This document shows positions 26,084-40,345 of a stretch of 64,000 bases of DNA, one piece after another (positions within the stretch are counted from its first letter, which is position 1; every line of letters starts with the position of its first letter). The DNA is from Octopus vulgaris (Eukaryota). The stretch is from contig OX597817.1 in NCBI GenBank assembly GCA_951406725.2, forward strand, positions 26,660,001 through 26,724,000. The letters run 5' to 3'. A program made the position numbers and the translations under genes. The notes beneath the pieces are model-generated. The model saw nothing but the letters and a program-made list of their open reading frames with translations. It was not told the DNA's origin and did no database searches.

Positions 26084-27757
26084 CACACACATATATATAT
26101 ATATATATATATGTAGTCGATCCAAACAAGAACAAGTAAGAAAAAGCAACAACGCGAGGATGTGGAATAAGTACAGTGTTACTGGACACTCAGGAAAGGA
26201 AAGAAAAGAAAGAGAATTTCATGTTTTGAGTGGAGCTCTTCATCAGAAATATAGAAAAAGTCCAAAGAAAGGAAGACGGAGAAAGAAAATTGCCAACAAT
26301 ACACACGCAGTCACATATTGAAATGATCGAAAGGGAATGGGTGAAGAAAAAGTTCTTTCAAAGACAGGAAAGTGCAAGAGAAGGAGGTATGTGTGTGTAT
26401 GTGTGGGTATATGCATGCACGCAGGTCTGTGTGCGTGTGTGTGTGTAATGATAGCACGTGTGTGTCTATGGTTGGGCTTAGTAAAGTTTAAGGTCATAGG
26501 AAGAATTTATAGTAGGATTTTTCGTAGGAGTGGCTGCCTGTTGTGTGTCTACCTACACATGTGCATAGGAGAATGGCCAGTAGAAAGCTACTGGTAGTTT
26601 GAAGTATGTGAGTGTGCGTGTATGTATATGTAGTATGTGTGTATGTATGTGTGTGTGTACATGTGACATACATATATATCAGTTGAATTAAATTAAAACA
26701 TAGTCTGGTTTTCACGGTTTTAACATTAAAAAATATTTTGTAATGCTCATAAAGTTAAATTATTGCTTTCATACATAATGTGATAAACAGATTTCAGATG
26801 TGTTTAACTGACAGTTGAGTTCTTGCCAACTTTAATACCTCTTAGAACATTCCAACAAGCTGAATTTTTAGAGTACCTTTTTGACCAACCCACATGCATC
26901 TTAAACATCATGGTTTTCCAGGTGTACCGATATTTTGTAAGTTGTTTATATTTATTAAAAGGTTCAAACCTGTTCTGAGCAGAAATAAAAGCAATAATAT
27001 AACAACCAGTTAATGATGTGGATTAAAAAGTATCTCTAGCATATAAATATAAACAACTTACAGAATATCAGTGCACCTGGCAAATCATGAAGCTTAAGAT
27101 GTATGCAGAATTGTCAAAAGGGTATTCAAAAATTCAGCTTGCCGTAGCGTTCTAAGAGGTAATAAAGTTGTCAAGAACTCAACTATCAGTTAAACACAAG
27201 GGAAATCTGATGATTACACTATGTATGAAAGTGGTGATTTAACTTTATGAGCATTACAAAATATTTTGCCTATGCTCTTCTGTTGAAGAGCATAAACTCA
27301 AAATGTAAAAGACTTTCTCACTTTCCCGAGCGGCAAACTAATAAACCTGCTTAGTGCTCATGCACCTGTCTTCGTCTTTTGTTTTTCTGTAAATTTCAAC
27401 TATGTATATAGAATAGTGATACAACAATGCACCAATATTTACTGGAAGTAGCGGTCAATAATATATGACACTATAGTAAAGACTCACTGTGTATATATAT
27501 ATATACTGGCAAAGATGTTTGTGGGTGGCAAACATAAAAAAATTTGTAGTAAAGATTGTTTGCCAACATAACATGGCAGTCCTGGTTTAGGACGAATGTT
27601 GTTGCAATTTAGCCCCAGGAGACATCGTCTCCAGCTGGCTATACGACATGATCTGTGTCATTATATTTTCAAAAATTTCATCTTACCTGTAGGAAAAACA
27701 TTAATTAAATTAATTAAATGTAAAATCCAGATGTGGATAATCTAGGACCTAGGCTTT

Positions 27758-28010
27758 CATCATCATCGTTTAACGTCCGTTTTCCGCGCTAGCACGGGTT
27801 GGACGGTTCGACCGGGGTCTGGGAAGCCAGGGGCCGCTCCAGGCTCCAGTCTGATTCTGGCAGAGTTTTTACGGCTGGATGCCCTTCCTAACGCCAACCA
27901 CTCCGTGAGTGGATTGGGTGCTTTTTACGTGCCACCTGCACAGGGGCCGGGGGGTCCGGCATCGGTCACGATCGGTTCGAGCTTTTAACGTGCCAGGGAC
28001 ACGGGGGCAA
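27758..28010 (-). mobile_element. Family C RTE-tail retroposon
   Basis: catcatcatcgtttaacgtccg...ggatgcccttcctaacgccaaccactcc. Confidence 0.75.
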
Positions 28011-28542
28011 CGGGATGCGGGGTAGAGTTGAGTTGGGGGGGGTCCAGCTGAGAAAGGTTTCACCAGTGAAAAGAGAGGGAGAGATAGTAAAGGGGTGCAG
28101 GTAATATAGGGGAGCACCAGTGGGGAAGGTTGGGGGAGGAGGAACGATGGCAGGAAGGGTTGGTGAAGGTTCGTAAGAACTTTGTAAATTACGTTTGTTA
28201 ACATAAATTTGATTAGTTCTCTTTAGCTAGATTCACTTAGACAAAATTGTGAATGCTGCTACATCAGTGCCAGTATACTCATCTGAACGCCTGGTTGTTA
28301 ACAGACTGAGAACAGTGAAAACGTTTACAAAGAAAAACTTAATAAACAGTGCAATACAGCTGTATATCTTCCAAGTAAAACAAAGCACCATCAGGTTAAA
28401 GTATAAATATATGAGATCATTTATGTATTTTGTGCATGCGTTTTATTCATAAAACATACTTGAACTTCACAAAATGAATTTTGCGTCGGTTTTCAGTAAA
28501 AATACTTGTCTTCTATCCAACACTGACTTTACTTCATTTTTG

Positions 28543-28575
<33 letters not shown>

Positions 28576-28904
28576 CCATTATCATTATTTAAATTTTTAT
28601 TGTCTTTAGTTTCATTCGTTGCAAAGTGACAAATAACCTTGGAGGTTAAATGGAGAATCCTTATGAATATCTTAATATCTTTTTACTATAGCTATCGTCA
28701 ACTGCTGATCTATAAGGCCTGAAAACCCTTTAGTGAATGTCGTTAACAATTTTCTTCAATTGATATCTGGTTCATCTTCCATTTTCTCATTCTCCTTCTC
28801 TACCTCCTTCACCAGTACCACAACCACCGACCGTTATGATCATCATCATCATCATCAATGTTGTCACTGTTGGCATCGTAGTTTTAGCAGCAACATCTAT
28901 GAAA

Positions 28905-29084
28905 TTGCCATCATCATCATCATCATATTCATCATCATCTTCATCATCATATTCATCATATTCATCATCTTCTTCATCATCATGATCATCATGATCATCA
29001 TCATCATCTTTCATCATATTCATCATCTTCTTCATCATCATCATCATCTTCATCATCATAATCATCATCATCATATTCATCTTC

Positions 29085-29137
<53 letters not shown>

Positions 29138-29147
29138 TATCATCATC

Positions 29148-29207
<60 letters not shown>

Positions 29208-29255
29208 TTCATCATCATCATCGTCATTGCCATCATCATTCACCATCACCATCAA
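28905..29255. repeat. (CAT)n trinucleotide microsatellite
   Basis: Direct reading. Confidence 0.95.
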
Positions 29256-30107
29256 TAATGGATACAGCGTTTTGTTGACTTTGGTGTTAAATCAGTATTG
29301 ATGTGGCTATCTTCACTCCCTGCTCTCCATCATCACCATCACCATCACCACCACTAAAATTACGATCACCATCATCATTATCATCGTATTATTGAATAAG
29401 CATGCTATCAATAGATTATCTATCATTCTACTTTATCAACCCAGTCACTGGCTTTAGATGCAATCCACGTTGCATCTCTGATATTACATCTTTTCAAATT
29501 GGCTTTATACTAATACCGTTGTTGAATTCTGTGAACATTCTATGCATGAATTTATTCTTATAGGTTAACCTGACTGACTTTCATATTCCTTGATCCATTC
29601 GCTAGATCAAAGGCATACAGCTATGTGAGGAAATATATGTAACTTGTGATAAGAAACAACATGTTCACGTGAGCAACACAATTACCAAGAATTAACTTTA
29701 TCTGGATGTCACTTGGAATCTCTACACCAGTACAACATGATTTAGTGTCTGATACAAAATGGTTTTCAAACTAATTGAAGAATGCTGCTTTGGAAAAATA
29801 TGCTTCTAAATAACTACGATTTTTCTGTTTGCTCTCTGTTAATATGAGTAATTCTTACTTGTTAAACAGATACTGGGATATTGTTATTTTTTATATTTAA
29901 TGGCAAATAGCTGTTATTTCAGTACTGTTGCATTTATTTAGAAATTATATCTTTTGATTACGTTTAGTTCAAAGTAGCAAACTGGCAGCAGAGTGGTAAG
30001 ATAATGGGATGAAATTCTTCATGCTCTTTGTTTCAGCTCTCTATTCTCTCAGTTCAAATCCATCAAGGTCAATCTTTCCATCTCTCAGTGTTAAAAAAGT
30101 GTTGACG

Positions 30108-30545
30108 GCAGTGAGCTGACAGAAGAAGGTGGCGAGCTGGCAGAAACGTTATCACGCAGGGCAAAATGCTTAGTGGTATTTCGTCTGCTGCTACATTCAT
30201 AGTTCAAATTCTGCCGAGGTCAACTTTGCCTTTCATCCTTTCGGGGTCAATTAAATAAGAACCAGTTATGCACTGGGTTCGATAAAAATGACTTAATCCC
30301 TTTGTCTGTCCTTGATTGTCCTCTCTGTGTTTAGCTCCTTGTGGGCAATAAAGAACTCAGTATTTCATCTGCCACTACATTCTGAGTTCAAATTCCACCA
30401 AGGTCGACTTTGCCCTTCATCCTTTCGGGGGTCAATTAAATAAGTACCAGTTATGCATTGGGGTCGAAACAATTGACTTAATCCATTTGTCTAGCCTTGT
30501 TTGTCTCCTCTGTGTGTTGCTCCTTGTGGGCAGTAAAGAAATAAG
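30108..30545 (+). mobile_element. SINE family B, tandem dimer
   Basis: The body gtatttc.tctgc..acatt..gttcaaatt..aagaa occurs twice in tandem. Confidence 0.8.
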
Positions 30546-30980
30546 TGTTGAAAAAGTGCCAATCCACGCATGGCAGGTTGGTGGAATGTTGCAAACATCC
30601 AACCGAATGTCTTGTGGTGTTTGTTTTAGGTCTTTGTGTTCTGAGTTCAAATTCAGTCAGTCTTGAGATGCCTTTAGCAGAGTTCACTCTATTGCATGTA
30701 CTCAGACAACACTTGCAGTTTGAGGCTCTCTTCCTACTTCCTGACAATTCTTTTTCTTTGTCTTTTTTTTCATTCTTTTTGCCTGTTCCAGTCAGTTGAC
30801 TGTGGCCATGCTGGAGCACCACCTTAAAAGGCTTTAGTCAAAGAACTCAACAAAAGGACTTATTGTTTGTACTTATGCTGTTGGTCTCTTTTTTGCCTAG
30901 TCTCTAAGTTATGGGGACGTAAACAAACCAACATTGGTTATCAAGCTACTGCAGGGGGAAGGGCAAACACAGATACAGAC

Positions 30981-31049
<69 letters not shown>

Positions 31050-31317
31050 TATAGTTAATTCAAGGAAGTCATATCCTGATTAGGGATTATATAATCCAAG
31101 ATATTCCACTGGTTTAATCCCAATCGTATAATGCGAAAGTCATTGATATATGTTCAGGATTATTGGCGGAAAACAAGAAGAAAATGGAGAAGAAATGGAT
31201 GTATTTAATAATTTATTTGTATGTTACAAAAAGATGACAATTTAAAAAAAAACATAGGAGTACAAATAAATTGATTACTGGTTGAAAGCTCAAAAAATAC
31301 ATTAAAATGAAATAAGG

Positions 31318-31434
31318 AATCTACATATATGTTTCAGTCCTATCATCTGGTTGATGGAAATTTTGAAGCATTTGGTTTAATGCCAAGAAAGTCACCATAT
31401 TCTAACTATGTGGTAATAGGACTTCTTCAGGGTT
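31318..31434 (-). ncRNA. Type I hammerhead ribozyme, intact core, 88-nt stem II
   Basis: aacc-CTGAAGA-agtcctatta...tgataggact-GAAA-catatatg-TA-gatt (one stem I mismatch). Confidence 0.7.
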
Positions 31435-31607
31435 AATATAGAGCACATGGAAGTTAGGTAATCAGTTTTCTTTTGAAGGTAGTATAGAGAATTAGCAGGT
31501 TAAAAGTTAAAAGTCACCCTCTTGTAGTGACTTTTTCATTGTTTCTATTGATATAGTGTTTGTTATCTTAAACATTTGTGTGTTCATATATATTTATACA
31601 TACACAT

Positions 31608-31970
31608 TGTGGCACTCCGTCGGTTACGACGACAAGGGTTCCAGTTGATCTGATCAATGGAACAGCCTGCTCGTGAAATTAACATGCATGTGGCTGAGCA
31701 CTCCACAGCCACATGTACCCTTAATGTAGTTCTCAGGGAGATTCAGCGTGACACAGAGTGTGACAGGTGCAACAGTAAAAGGAAGAAAGAATGAGAGAAA
31801 GTTGTGGAGAAAGAGTACAGTAGGGTTCACCTCCACCCACTGCCAGAGCCTCGTGAAGCTTTAGGTGTTTTCACTCAATAAACACTCACAACGCCCAGTC
31901 TGCGAATCAAAACTGTGATTCTACAACCAAGTGTCTGCTGCCCTAACAACTGGGCCATTGTGCAGTGCAT

Positions 31971-31972
<2 letters not shown>
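31608..31972 (-). mobile_element. SINE family E (tRNA head), tail type 1
   Basis: Head gcacaatggcccagt.gttagggcagc; same head and body as 44540 and 53440 but a different tail. Confidence 0.75.
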
Positions 31973-32057
<85 letters not shown>

Positions 32058-32058
32058 A

Positions 32059-32121
<63 letters not shown>

Positions 32122-32519
32122 TAGTCATATATATATATATATATATGAACAATAATTCTAGGATAGAATTTATAAATATTTAATGCATGGCTACGTGCAT
32201 TTCCACAAATCACATGACTTTACATCAGAGTCTGTATCCTTAGGATGAGTACAGTGTAGTTTGTATTATCCATGGGCACCCAGTTGATCATATATATTCA
32301 CAGTTAAGTTCCCAAGTTGATTTATTCAAAGCGGGCAGAGTCTGAATATGCATGATATATAAGCTGCATTATTTACTGGAGCAGCACTACAAGCAAACTT
32401 TTGTTTTAGGTCTGTTGTGAGAAATTAATGATACCACCTGGGATGTAGATTGACAACTGCTTTGAAGTTTTGGCTTAATAGACAACCAAACGGACTATTA
32501 TGCCAGGAATTTGAAGTAA

Positions 32520-32936
32520 CTCTCTTTACTCTCTTTACTCTTTTTACTTGTTTCAGTCATTTGACTGCGGCCATGCTGGAGCACCGCCTTTAGTCGAGCA
32601 AATCGACCCCGGGACTTAGTCATTTGTAAGCCCAGTACTTATTCTATCGGTCTAGTTGCCGAACCACTAAGTGACGGGAACATAAACACACCAGCATCGG
32701 TTGTCAAGCAATGCTAGGGAGACCAACACAGACACACAAACATACACACACACATATATATATATACATATATACGACGGGCTTTCAGTTTTCCGTCTAC
32801 CAAATCCACTCACAAGGCTTTGGTCAGCCCGAGGCTATAGTAGAAGACACTTGCCCAACGTGCCATGCAGTGGGACTGAACCTGGAAGCATGTAGTTGGT
32901 AAACAAGCTACTTACCACACAACCACTCCTGCGCCT
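32520..32936 (-). mobile_element. SINE family A
   Basis: Full-length copy. Confidence 0.88.
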
Positions 32937-33048
32937 ATGCAGTATTGATAAATCTGTAGGTTGGGTTGTCATAATTCTTCACACAAAGGTCAAAGAACAC
33001 CTCCAAGCTTCTTTAGATGATGCATCAATTACATTACATGTGCCTCTT

Positions 33049-33420
33049 TTTACCTCTGCCTCCACGAAAGTGGAGGTATTGTTTTCAATCGCATTTGTTT
33101 GTTTGCTTATCCATGGACAAGAAATCTCAAGAACCACTAGATGGATTCAAATGAAACTTTCAGGGATGTTTGGCCTCATGACTGGCATGAACTGATCAAA
33201 TTTTGGGGTCGATCTGGAATTGGACAAGAATTCTGAATTATTTTTTCTGATTTTTTTACATAATTTTTAAGAGTGGTCAGGTTCATTTTTAGTATTCTTG
33301 TTTGTGAGAGCAGTCGAGTTTATATCAGATATTCTCATTTTAAAAATCATCTCCAGCTAATCATTGAGAGAGCATTGGTGTTGCCTTGGTGGAGGTTTGC
33401 ACTCTCTGAGTGCTATTGTT
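33049..33420 (+). mobile_element. Non-autonomous Helentron (HINE/DINE-1-like)
   Basis: 5' ttttacctc..cctccac..gtggaggt, gttt repeats, 3' ggtggaggt plus hairpin gcactc-tct-gagtgc, T-rich target. Confidence 0.7.
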
Positions 33421-33837
33421 TATATTTTATATACACAGATATTACACACACCTGCATGTACACACACATGTGCACATGCACACACATGCACACACACACA
33501 CATACACATACACACATGCACACATGTACATATACACACAAGGGTCAAATAAGACCAACACTGGTGATATTGCAGTGCCAATATAGTTTAAACGTCTTGT
33601 AGTACCCACATTCTGGAATTCCTGCAGTACTCTCTTTGTGGAATTTGTGCAATGAGGGAAACGGCCAAGGAGCTTGGATATCTCAAGTGATTTTTCTTCA
33701 TAACCTTATTTCAATCTTCACTGATATTACGGATTCTGCTCTCTTTTTAGTAAAAAATTTACAGTTTAATAATAACTTTTATAATGTATTATTTCTTCAA
33801 ATGCTTAATGAAATGAAGTATGGTACTTGACCAGAAA

Positions 33838-34070
33838 AAGGCGGCGAGCTGGCAGAATCGATAGCATGCCGGGCGAGATACTTAGCAGTATTTTGTCTGC
33901 TGCTATGTTCTGAGTTCAAATTCCACCAAGGTCGACTTTGCCTTTCATCCTTTTGGGGTCGATTAAATAAGTACCAGTTACGCACTGGGGTTGATATAAT
34001 CGACTTGAACCGTTTGTCTGTTCTTGTTTGTCCTCTCTGTGTTTAGCCCCTTGTGGGTAGTAAAGAAATA
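33838..34070 (+). mobile_element. SINE family B with 16-bp TSD
   Basis: ggtacttgaccagaaa at 33822-33837 and 34071-34086. Confidence 0.9.
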
Positions 34071-34952
34071 GGTACTTGACCAGAAAGGATCACTTTGAAT
34101 GTAATGGTTCTTTTTACAAGCATTTTGTTGTGGCTGTGACATCCTTATCACTTCAGTGAAACAATTGACCCATCTCCCACTTGGAATTTGGCTTGTGTAT
34201 ACTTCTGGTACAAATAGTAAGGCAGCACATGTTCACATCATCATCATCATCATCCAGTATTTTAAATCCGAATTTTGTCCCCGATAACAGGGGTGGTCGG
34301 ATCTACCTCAATGCCATAGCAACCAAGGTAGGCAGGTGCAGCCCACCCCAACCTTTGGTCTGGCGGATGGCCAACCTCTTTTGCTATCATAAGGCTTTTT
34401 TTGAAGCTGAATTTTCTACAGGGAGCATACTCTTGCTTACTCCCAACCTCAGTTTCTAGACATGAGTGGTCATGAGACCTAGGCCTCGACCACAATTTTT
34501 AACAAATGTAGGAGAAAACTAGCTCAGAAAAGCAGGGATTCTATGCCCTGAGACCCCTTTAGGAGCCCCTTTACCTTGTATATTACTTTGTAATATATAA
34601 ATAATATGCAAAACTTTCAAACTTGAATATCAATCAACAAATTCTATTCACTTTCTTTAATTATATATGTATATATTTCTACAGATTTTTCATTGACTAT
34701 GCAAATTAATTTCTTCCAAATAATGTCCAGGATATTCCGAATTTCATTCCGGTTATAACAGAACACATATTCATGCTTGGCATTCACATGCACAGGTACT
34801 CGTGCATTTTTATAATGGTACACAATAGAACTGCATATATGAGAATGACATATACGAAGGATGTAAATGTTTAGAATATAAAACATCTTTATTAACGTGT
34901 GTGTGTGTTTGTGTATGTGAGTGTGTACATGTGTGTATAATAAATAAATGAA

Positions 34953-34987
<35 letters not shown>

Positions 34988-35020
34988 CTATAAAAAGAGA
35001 TGAATTTTCTAAAAAAATTC

Positions 35021-35058
35021 AATCTGAAGAATCCACTAGAGTGGATGCAAGCGTTAAT
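35021..35058 (+). ncRNA. Decayed minimal hammerhead motif
   Basis: CTGAAGA-atccac-taga-gtggat-GCAA-gcgt-TA; A13C change and a weak stem I. Confidence 0.45.
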
Positions 35059-36159
35059 GTATGGTTTATAAAAACATGTGACATATTAAAAAAATCTGTA
35101 ACTATAAAACCATCCAGATTTTTTGTACCTTATTTCTTCTAATATATAATACCTATACATCATCCCCAAACCTTCTAATATATATATATATGGTGTAATA
35201 ATATAAGTGAGAATATTTTTAGAAAATTTAGCATTTTTTTTAGCCTATTGGCAAAGAAATTTTTTTCTTTTTGCCCCTTATTTATAATTGTATTAAAATT
35301 TTTACCTTAAAAGGTATTTTTCATATGCTGGCCACTGATAAAATTTCTAATAAAATTTTATCCTTATATTAGAAGTATGTATGTATACATATATATATAT
35401 GCATGACATATCATACATCATGTAACTTTGAAACCAATTCAGTAAGAGATAATGCATGTAAAGATCAAATTCAAATGTCTAAATCACCTTTTTTTTAAAA
35501 AAGAAATTGTATTCAGTTTAGTTTGACAGAAATAAATTTAATTTTTATTACAAACCAGAATTAGGGTTCTCATATCTTTCTAATCACCCTATCATACTTT
35601 AGTACTTTCTTTCAGTTATTTCTTCTTTTACAATTTCTTTGATTAAAATCTAATATGTGAAGTATAATCTTATGATGAAATCATGTTTTGCATTGGCTGT
35701 TGTCTTGCAGCTTAATATAGATAATTCATAAATCTACGATGGCTTCCTTCTGAATACTGTTATGTATGCTATCTCCATTTTTCATTAATGTCGTAAAACG
35801 AAATGGAATTTTGTATTACTTTCTTTTAAACCTTTGCATCTTAAAGGTATAGCTTTCTATCCATTGTATGAAATTGATCTTATATTAGAAATATATGCTG
35901 GTTCATAATTTTTTTCTGAGTAATTTCCAAAATAGATTCAGCCCTTTGAAAATACAAATGTTAATACATTGTTATGTCTGTGAATAGAACCATTCCACAA
36001 TTAATATTTCTTTCCTTTATTTCTTGCTTTTTATAAATTCTGCAGAAAACATTCAATGCATTCAATTATGTGATTCCTTGCTGCAGTGGATCAGTGGATA
36101 AGGAACTAGATTAATAGATCATATGTTTTGAGTTCAAATATTATTCTAGTATTTTACTC

Positions 36160-36536
36160 TTACTCTCTCTTTTACTCTTTTACTTGTTTCAGTCATTTGA
36201 CTGCGGCCATGCTGGAGCACCGCCTTTAGTCGAGCAACTCGACCCTGGGACTTATTCTTTTGTAAGCCCAGTACTTATTCTATCGGTCTCTTTTGCCGAA
36301 CCGTTAAGTAACGGGCACATAAACACACCAGCATCGGTTGTCAAGCAATGCTAGGGGGACAAACACAGACACACAAACGCATATATATACATATATACGA
36401 CGGGCTTCTTCCAGTTTCCGTCTGCCAAATCCACTCACAAGGCTTTGGTCGGCCCGAGGTGCCATGCAGTGGGACTGAACCCGGAACCATGTGGTTGGTA
36501 AACAAGCTACTTACCACACAGCCACTCCTGCGCCTA
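36160..36536 (-). mobile_element. SINE family A
   Basis: Copy with a short internal deletion. Confidence 0.85.
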
Positions 36537-38033
36537 TATTTTGTTATAAATATTTGATAAATACACTTAATTCTGCACCCCTTCACTCCAGTAACTATCA
36601 TAGACGATAAGGAGGGACTGGAAGACTTTTCAGAGATTTCTTTTTACATTCATTGAATAGCATAAAACAAGGACCAAATTAGCTAAATTTTTTCCCAGTA
36701 ATTAGTCATATATAAAACGATCACTCTATTTTAGATAAGTGCTGTGTGTAAGCAAAAGTGAAATAAGTCACACATAAGTGCTGCTAGTGGCCCCTCTTAG
36801 CTTTGCAGTTACAATTTCTGAATCTGTTCAGAGAATCATATAATGGTTTAGATAGTGTTCTATATACAAAGCATTCTAAGGATATTACCATCAAATGGAA
36901 AATCTTTAAACTAATCGTGGTTGTGTGGTAAGGAGCTTGTTTCTCAACCACATGCTTCCAGGTTCAGTCCCACAGTGTGGCATCTTGGTTAAGTGTTTTC
37001 TCTTGCTTATAGGATCAGGCTGACCTATCTTGTAAGTGGTTGACAGAAACTGAAAAAAAAACAGTCATGTGTGTGTATGTGTTTATCCCTCACCACTACT
37101 TGACAACAGGTGGAGGGGGGTGTTTATGCCCCTGTAACTTAGTGGTTCAGCAATAGTGATCAATGAAGTGCCAGGTTTAAAAAATAAAAGTACTGGGGTC
37201 AATTCATTTGACTCAAAATTCTTCAAGGCAGTGTTCCAGCATGGCCACAGTCTAATAACTGAAACAAATAAAAGATAATCACAAGCAGATAAAATGTCTC
37301 TGAAACTATTATCCAAAATTATATTATATATAGGAGAAACACTAAGAGTATTCAGTTGTATAATGTATCTCTCAGAATCTCAGAAGCCCCTCCCTTTGTT
37401 AGAATGATATCTGCACACAATCCCTAATCCATTTCACCTTAACTTACTTGATGATCATCATTTTCTGTGCTTACCTAACAACCCCTCTTAACCTTATCGT
37501 ACTGTGTTTCCAGTATAGTGGGAATAACCCAAACAGAGTCTCTTCTGGATTATTGTTACAGTGGTAATGAACAACACACATAGAGAAACAAGATAAATAT
37601 TAAAAATAGGCAACCAGTCACCATTCACCTTTGTAGTCAAGTGTGTTTGTTATTCATTGTGAATGGCATCCCCCATAGCAATTATTAACCTTTGTTTTTA
37701 TTCTGAAAAACGGTTTCTTTTGCAATGAAATGAGTATGTGATGAATGCATCCCTTTGTCTGGTAAATGAGCAAGGCTTAGACTCTTACAGTTGAGGAAAT
37801 TATTGGTAATATTTATTTTCTGGACAATGTGTTTACCCTTACAGAGACAATGAGACTGATTCACACAGTGAAATTAGTGAAAGTGGTGCTGGAAGTAGTG
37901 ATTTAGGTGAAGAAATACAGTAGTTGAAATATAGGTCTTTTATTACGGAGATACACTTGCATAGCAAGTGACCTGATCTGAGATCGTGTGCTGGAATGAA
38001 AATAATTGCAGTGTGGAAGGTGTTTATAAGCCA

Positions 38034-38225
38034 TTTAAGAAACACACAAAAACCGTTAGATCACTTCAACATTTAGATTTAATTCGTCAAAATATTTTCA
38101 TCGCTTTGAGACCGCGACCTGTTCACTGACAAAATTCCGTGCGCAGTCTCAAAGCGACGAAAATATTTTGACGAATTAAATCTAAATGTTGAAGTGAATC
38201 TAACAGTCTTTGTGTGTTTCTTAAA
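38034..38225. repeat. Near-perfect ~83-bp-arm palindrome
   Basis: tttaagaaacacacaa...gagaccgcg / cgcagtctc...ttgtgtgtttcttaaa with a ~25-nt spacer. Confidence 0.85.
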
Positions 38226-38841
38226 AGGTCTTTTATTGATATTCTGAATTTCTTGTGATTCTGTCCATTTGTCTGCCTGCAATCATGACTCTTGAGCTGT
38301 GTATACATTTTTTTTTCTCAGGAGCCCAGGTAGATGGTAAATTTAGACACAAGGGCTCAGGTCTGAGAGGGTTAATAAGCAATAACAATATAAGGTTCAT
38401 ACAAATGATGAGATGTCAGGTTTGTTGAAAATTCTGATAATCTTGACAAATTGAATATCTCATAAGTCATGCCAACTACTAAAATACTAGTATCAGCTGC
38501 TTTGGTGAGTGCAGGTTCTTTGATCTAGATTTTTTGATGTCTAATAAATTGGAACTATCTTGTTCATATTACCTCCGATAAACATGTTGCAACAACAATG
38601 TGTCAAGTCATCTCCCAAGCATCAAATAGCTGATGATATCCAGATAAGAAGGTTTTTCCTAACTTTGGATATTATATGGAACTTTACTGGGGTTTAAGCT
38701 TTAATAATACTTTATTAGCTTCAAACAGGATCTTTATTCTAGAATGTTCCCATTATTTCTCATTCTACAGACATCAAATGATACATCTGGATTAGTCTGT
38801 TTAGATATGCTCATTATCTGAGAGGCAAATCTTTTTAATTA

Positions 38842-39039
38842 AGTTTTCCCATCTTCAATTAACTTGTCATTTCCCTCAGTGGCTTTTCTTTCACTATTTC
38901 TATTGTAGATATTGATGATATTTATAACTCTTGATCTATAATAATTCCATTCTGGGATTGATTGATATTCAATTTTAAAGTATTTGAATATTCCAATCTC
39001 ATGAATTCTTATTTTAAATTTCATTTTCAATAATGTAAC
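38842..39039 (-). CDS. Candidate PLAT-like exon (VTLLKMKFKIRIHEIGIFKYFKIEYQSIPEWNYYRSRVINI)
   Basis: EIG.F.YFKI...PEW resembles PLAT DLG.L..IRI...P.W; donor not defined. Confidence 0.3.
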
Positions 39040-39788
39040 CTTGTTAGTTTCAAACAATTAATTTCCACAGAATATAAAATTCTCCACATATGTCAGCAGA
39101 ATAGCAATAAATGGGATCCAAATTATAATACGACAACGTATATAAGAAAAAATTATTCTTGTACTCGACTGGATATAACTGTTAACACAGTGTTAATCAT
39201 TCTGTCAGTGAAAAGTTATACAAAAATGCTCACAGGGACTACAGTTACCAGTATAAATATTTGTTATAATAAATAATCATACCAGTGTCACCAGATCGGT
39301 TCCCATGCCAGTGGCATGTAAAAAGTGCCCACTGTACCCTCGGAGTGGTTGGCATTAGGAAGGACATCCAGCTGCAGAAACCTTGTTAGATCAGATCGAA
39401 AACCTGGTGCAGCTTCCTCGCTTACCTGTCCTCACTCAAACCGTCCAACCCATGCTAGCAAGAAAAGCGGACATCAAACAATTATGATGACGATTATGAT
39501 GATGATGATGAATCATGTCTTCTATTTGTATAATATGCATTTATTTGCAATTGTTAACCTGGTGAAGATTTCAAGATTGCAAAGGATAATTTAGAGATTA
39601 TCATAGGAAAATTATTTAAGGTTGATCATTGTTGAATTTATTTCCAGTAATAATCACTCCTGCATCAAGACTTGTAACAACTCTTCTCACTGACATTGCT
39701 CTAAAACACACAAATAAAAATTTCCTATTTATTTCATAAAAAATTTTTAAACTAACATCGCAAACAAATTTTCTTCAAAACCACATAT

Positions 39789-40345
39789 ATCATCATCATC
39801 ATCATCATCATCATCATCGTTTAACGTCCATTTTCCATGCTAGCATGGGTTGGGAAGCCAGAAATGTGCACCAGGCTCCAATCTGATCTGGCAGTGTTTC
39901 TACAGCTGGATGCCCTTCCTAACGCCAACCACTCCATGAGTGTAGTGGGTGCTTTTTATGTGCCACCAGCACGGAAGGCAGTCAAGGCGGCACTGGCATC
40001 AGTCACATTCGGATGGTGCTTTTCACATGCCACTGGCACAGGGATCACAACTACAATTTCCATTGATTTTTTATGTTGATGTACTTGACTCAATAGGTCT
40101 CCTCAAGCACAGGGTCGAAACGGTGTTTCTTTACTTGCCACCTGCACAGGAGTCAGTCCAGCGGTACTGGCAACAACTGGATGCCAGTCATTGAATTTTG
40201 TTCAATTTCGATATCACTTGCCCCAACAGGTCTTCACAAGCAGAGTTTAGTGTCCAATGAAAGGAGGTTGGCATGGGTGCCAGTCATCGGATGTGGTTCG
40301 ATTTTGAATTCAATTTCGATTTCACTTGCCTCAACAGATCTTCGC
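39789..40345 (-). mobile_element. RTE 3'-end / family C retroposon (another copy at ~39290-39510, +)
   Basis: (cat)n tail and family C motifs. Confidence 0.75.

Noticed and set aside
28733-29278. Poly-His/Met/Asp ORFs
   Set aside because: (CAT)n microsatellite; no supporting coding context.
37488-38375. piggyBac-like element (TTAA ends, acidic N-terminus)
   Set aside because: Terminal repeats match poorly and there is no transposase core.
38625-38660. CTGATGA words here and at ~48220 and ~52717
   Set aside because: No correctly placed GAAA/stem III/UH or stem I pairing.
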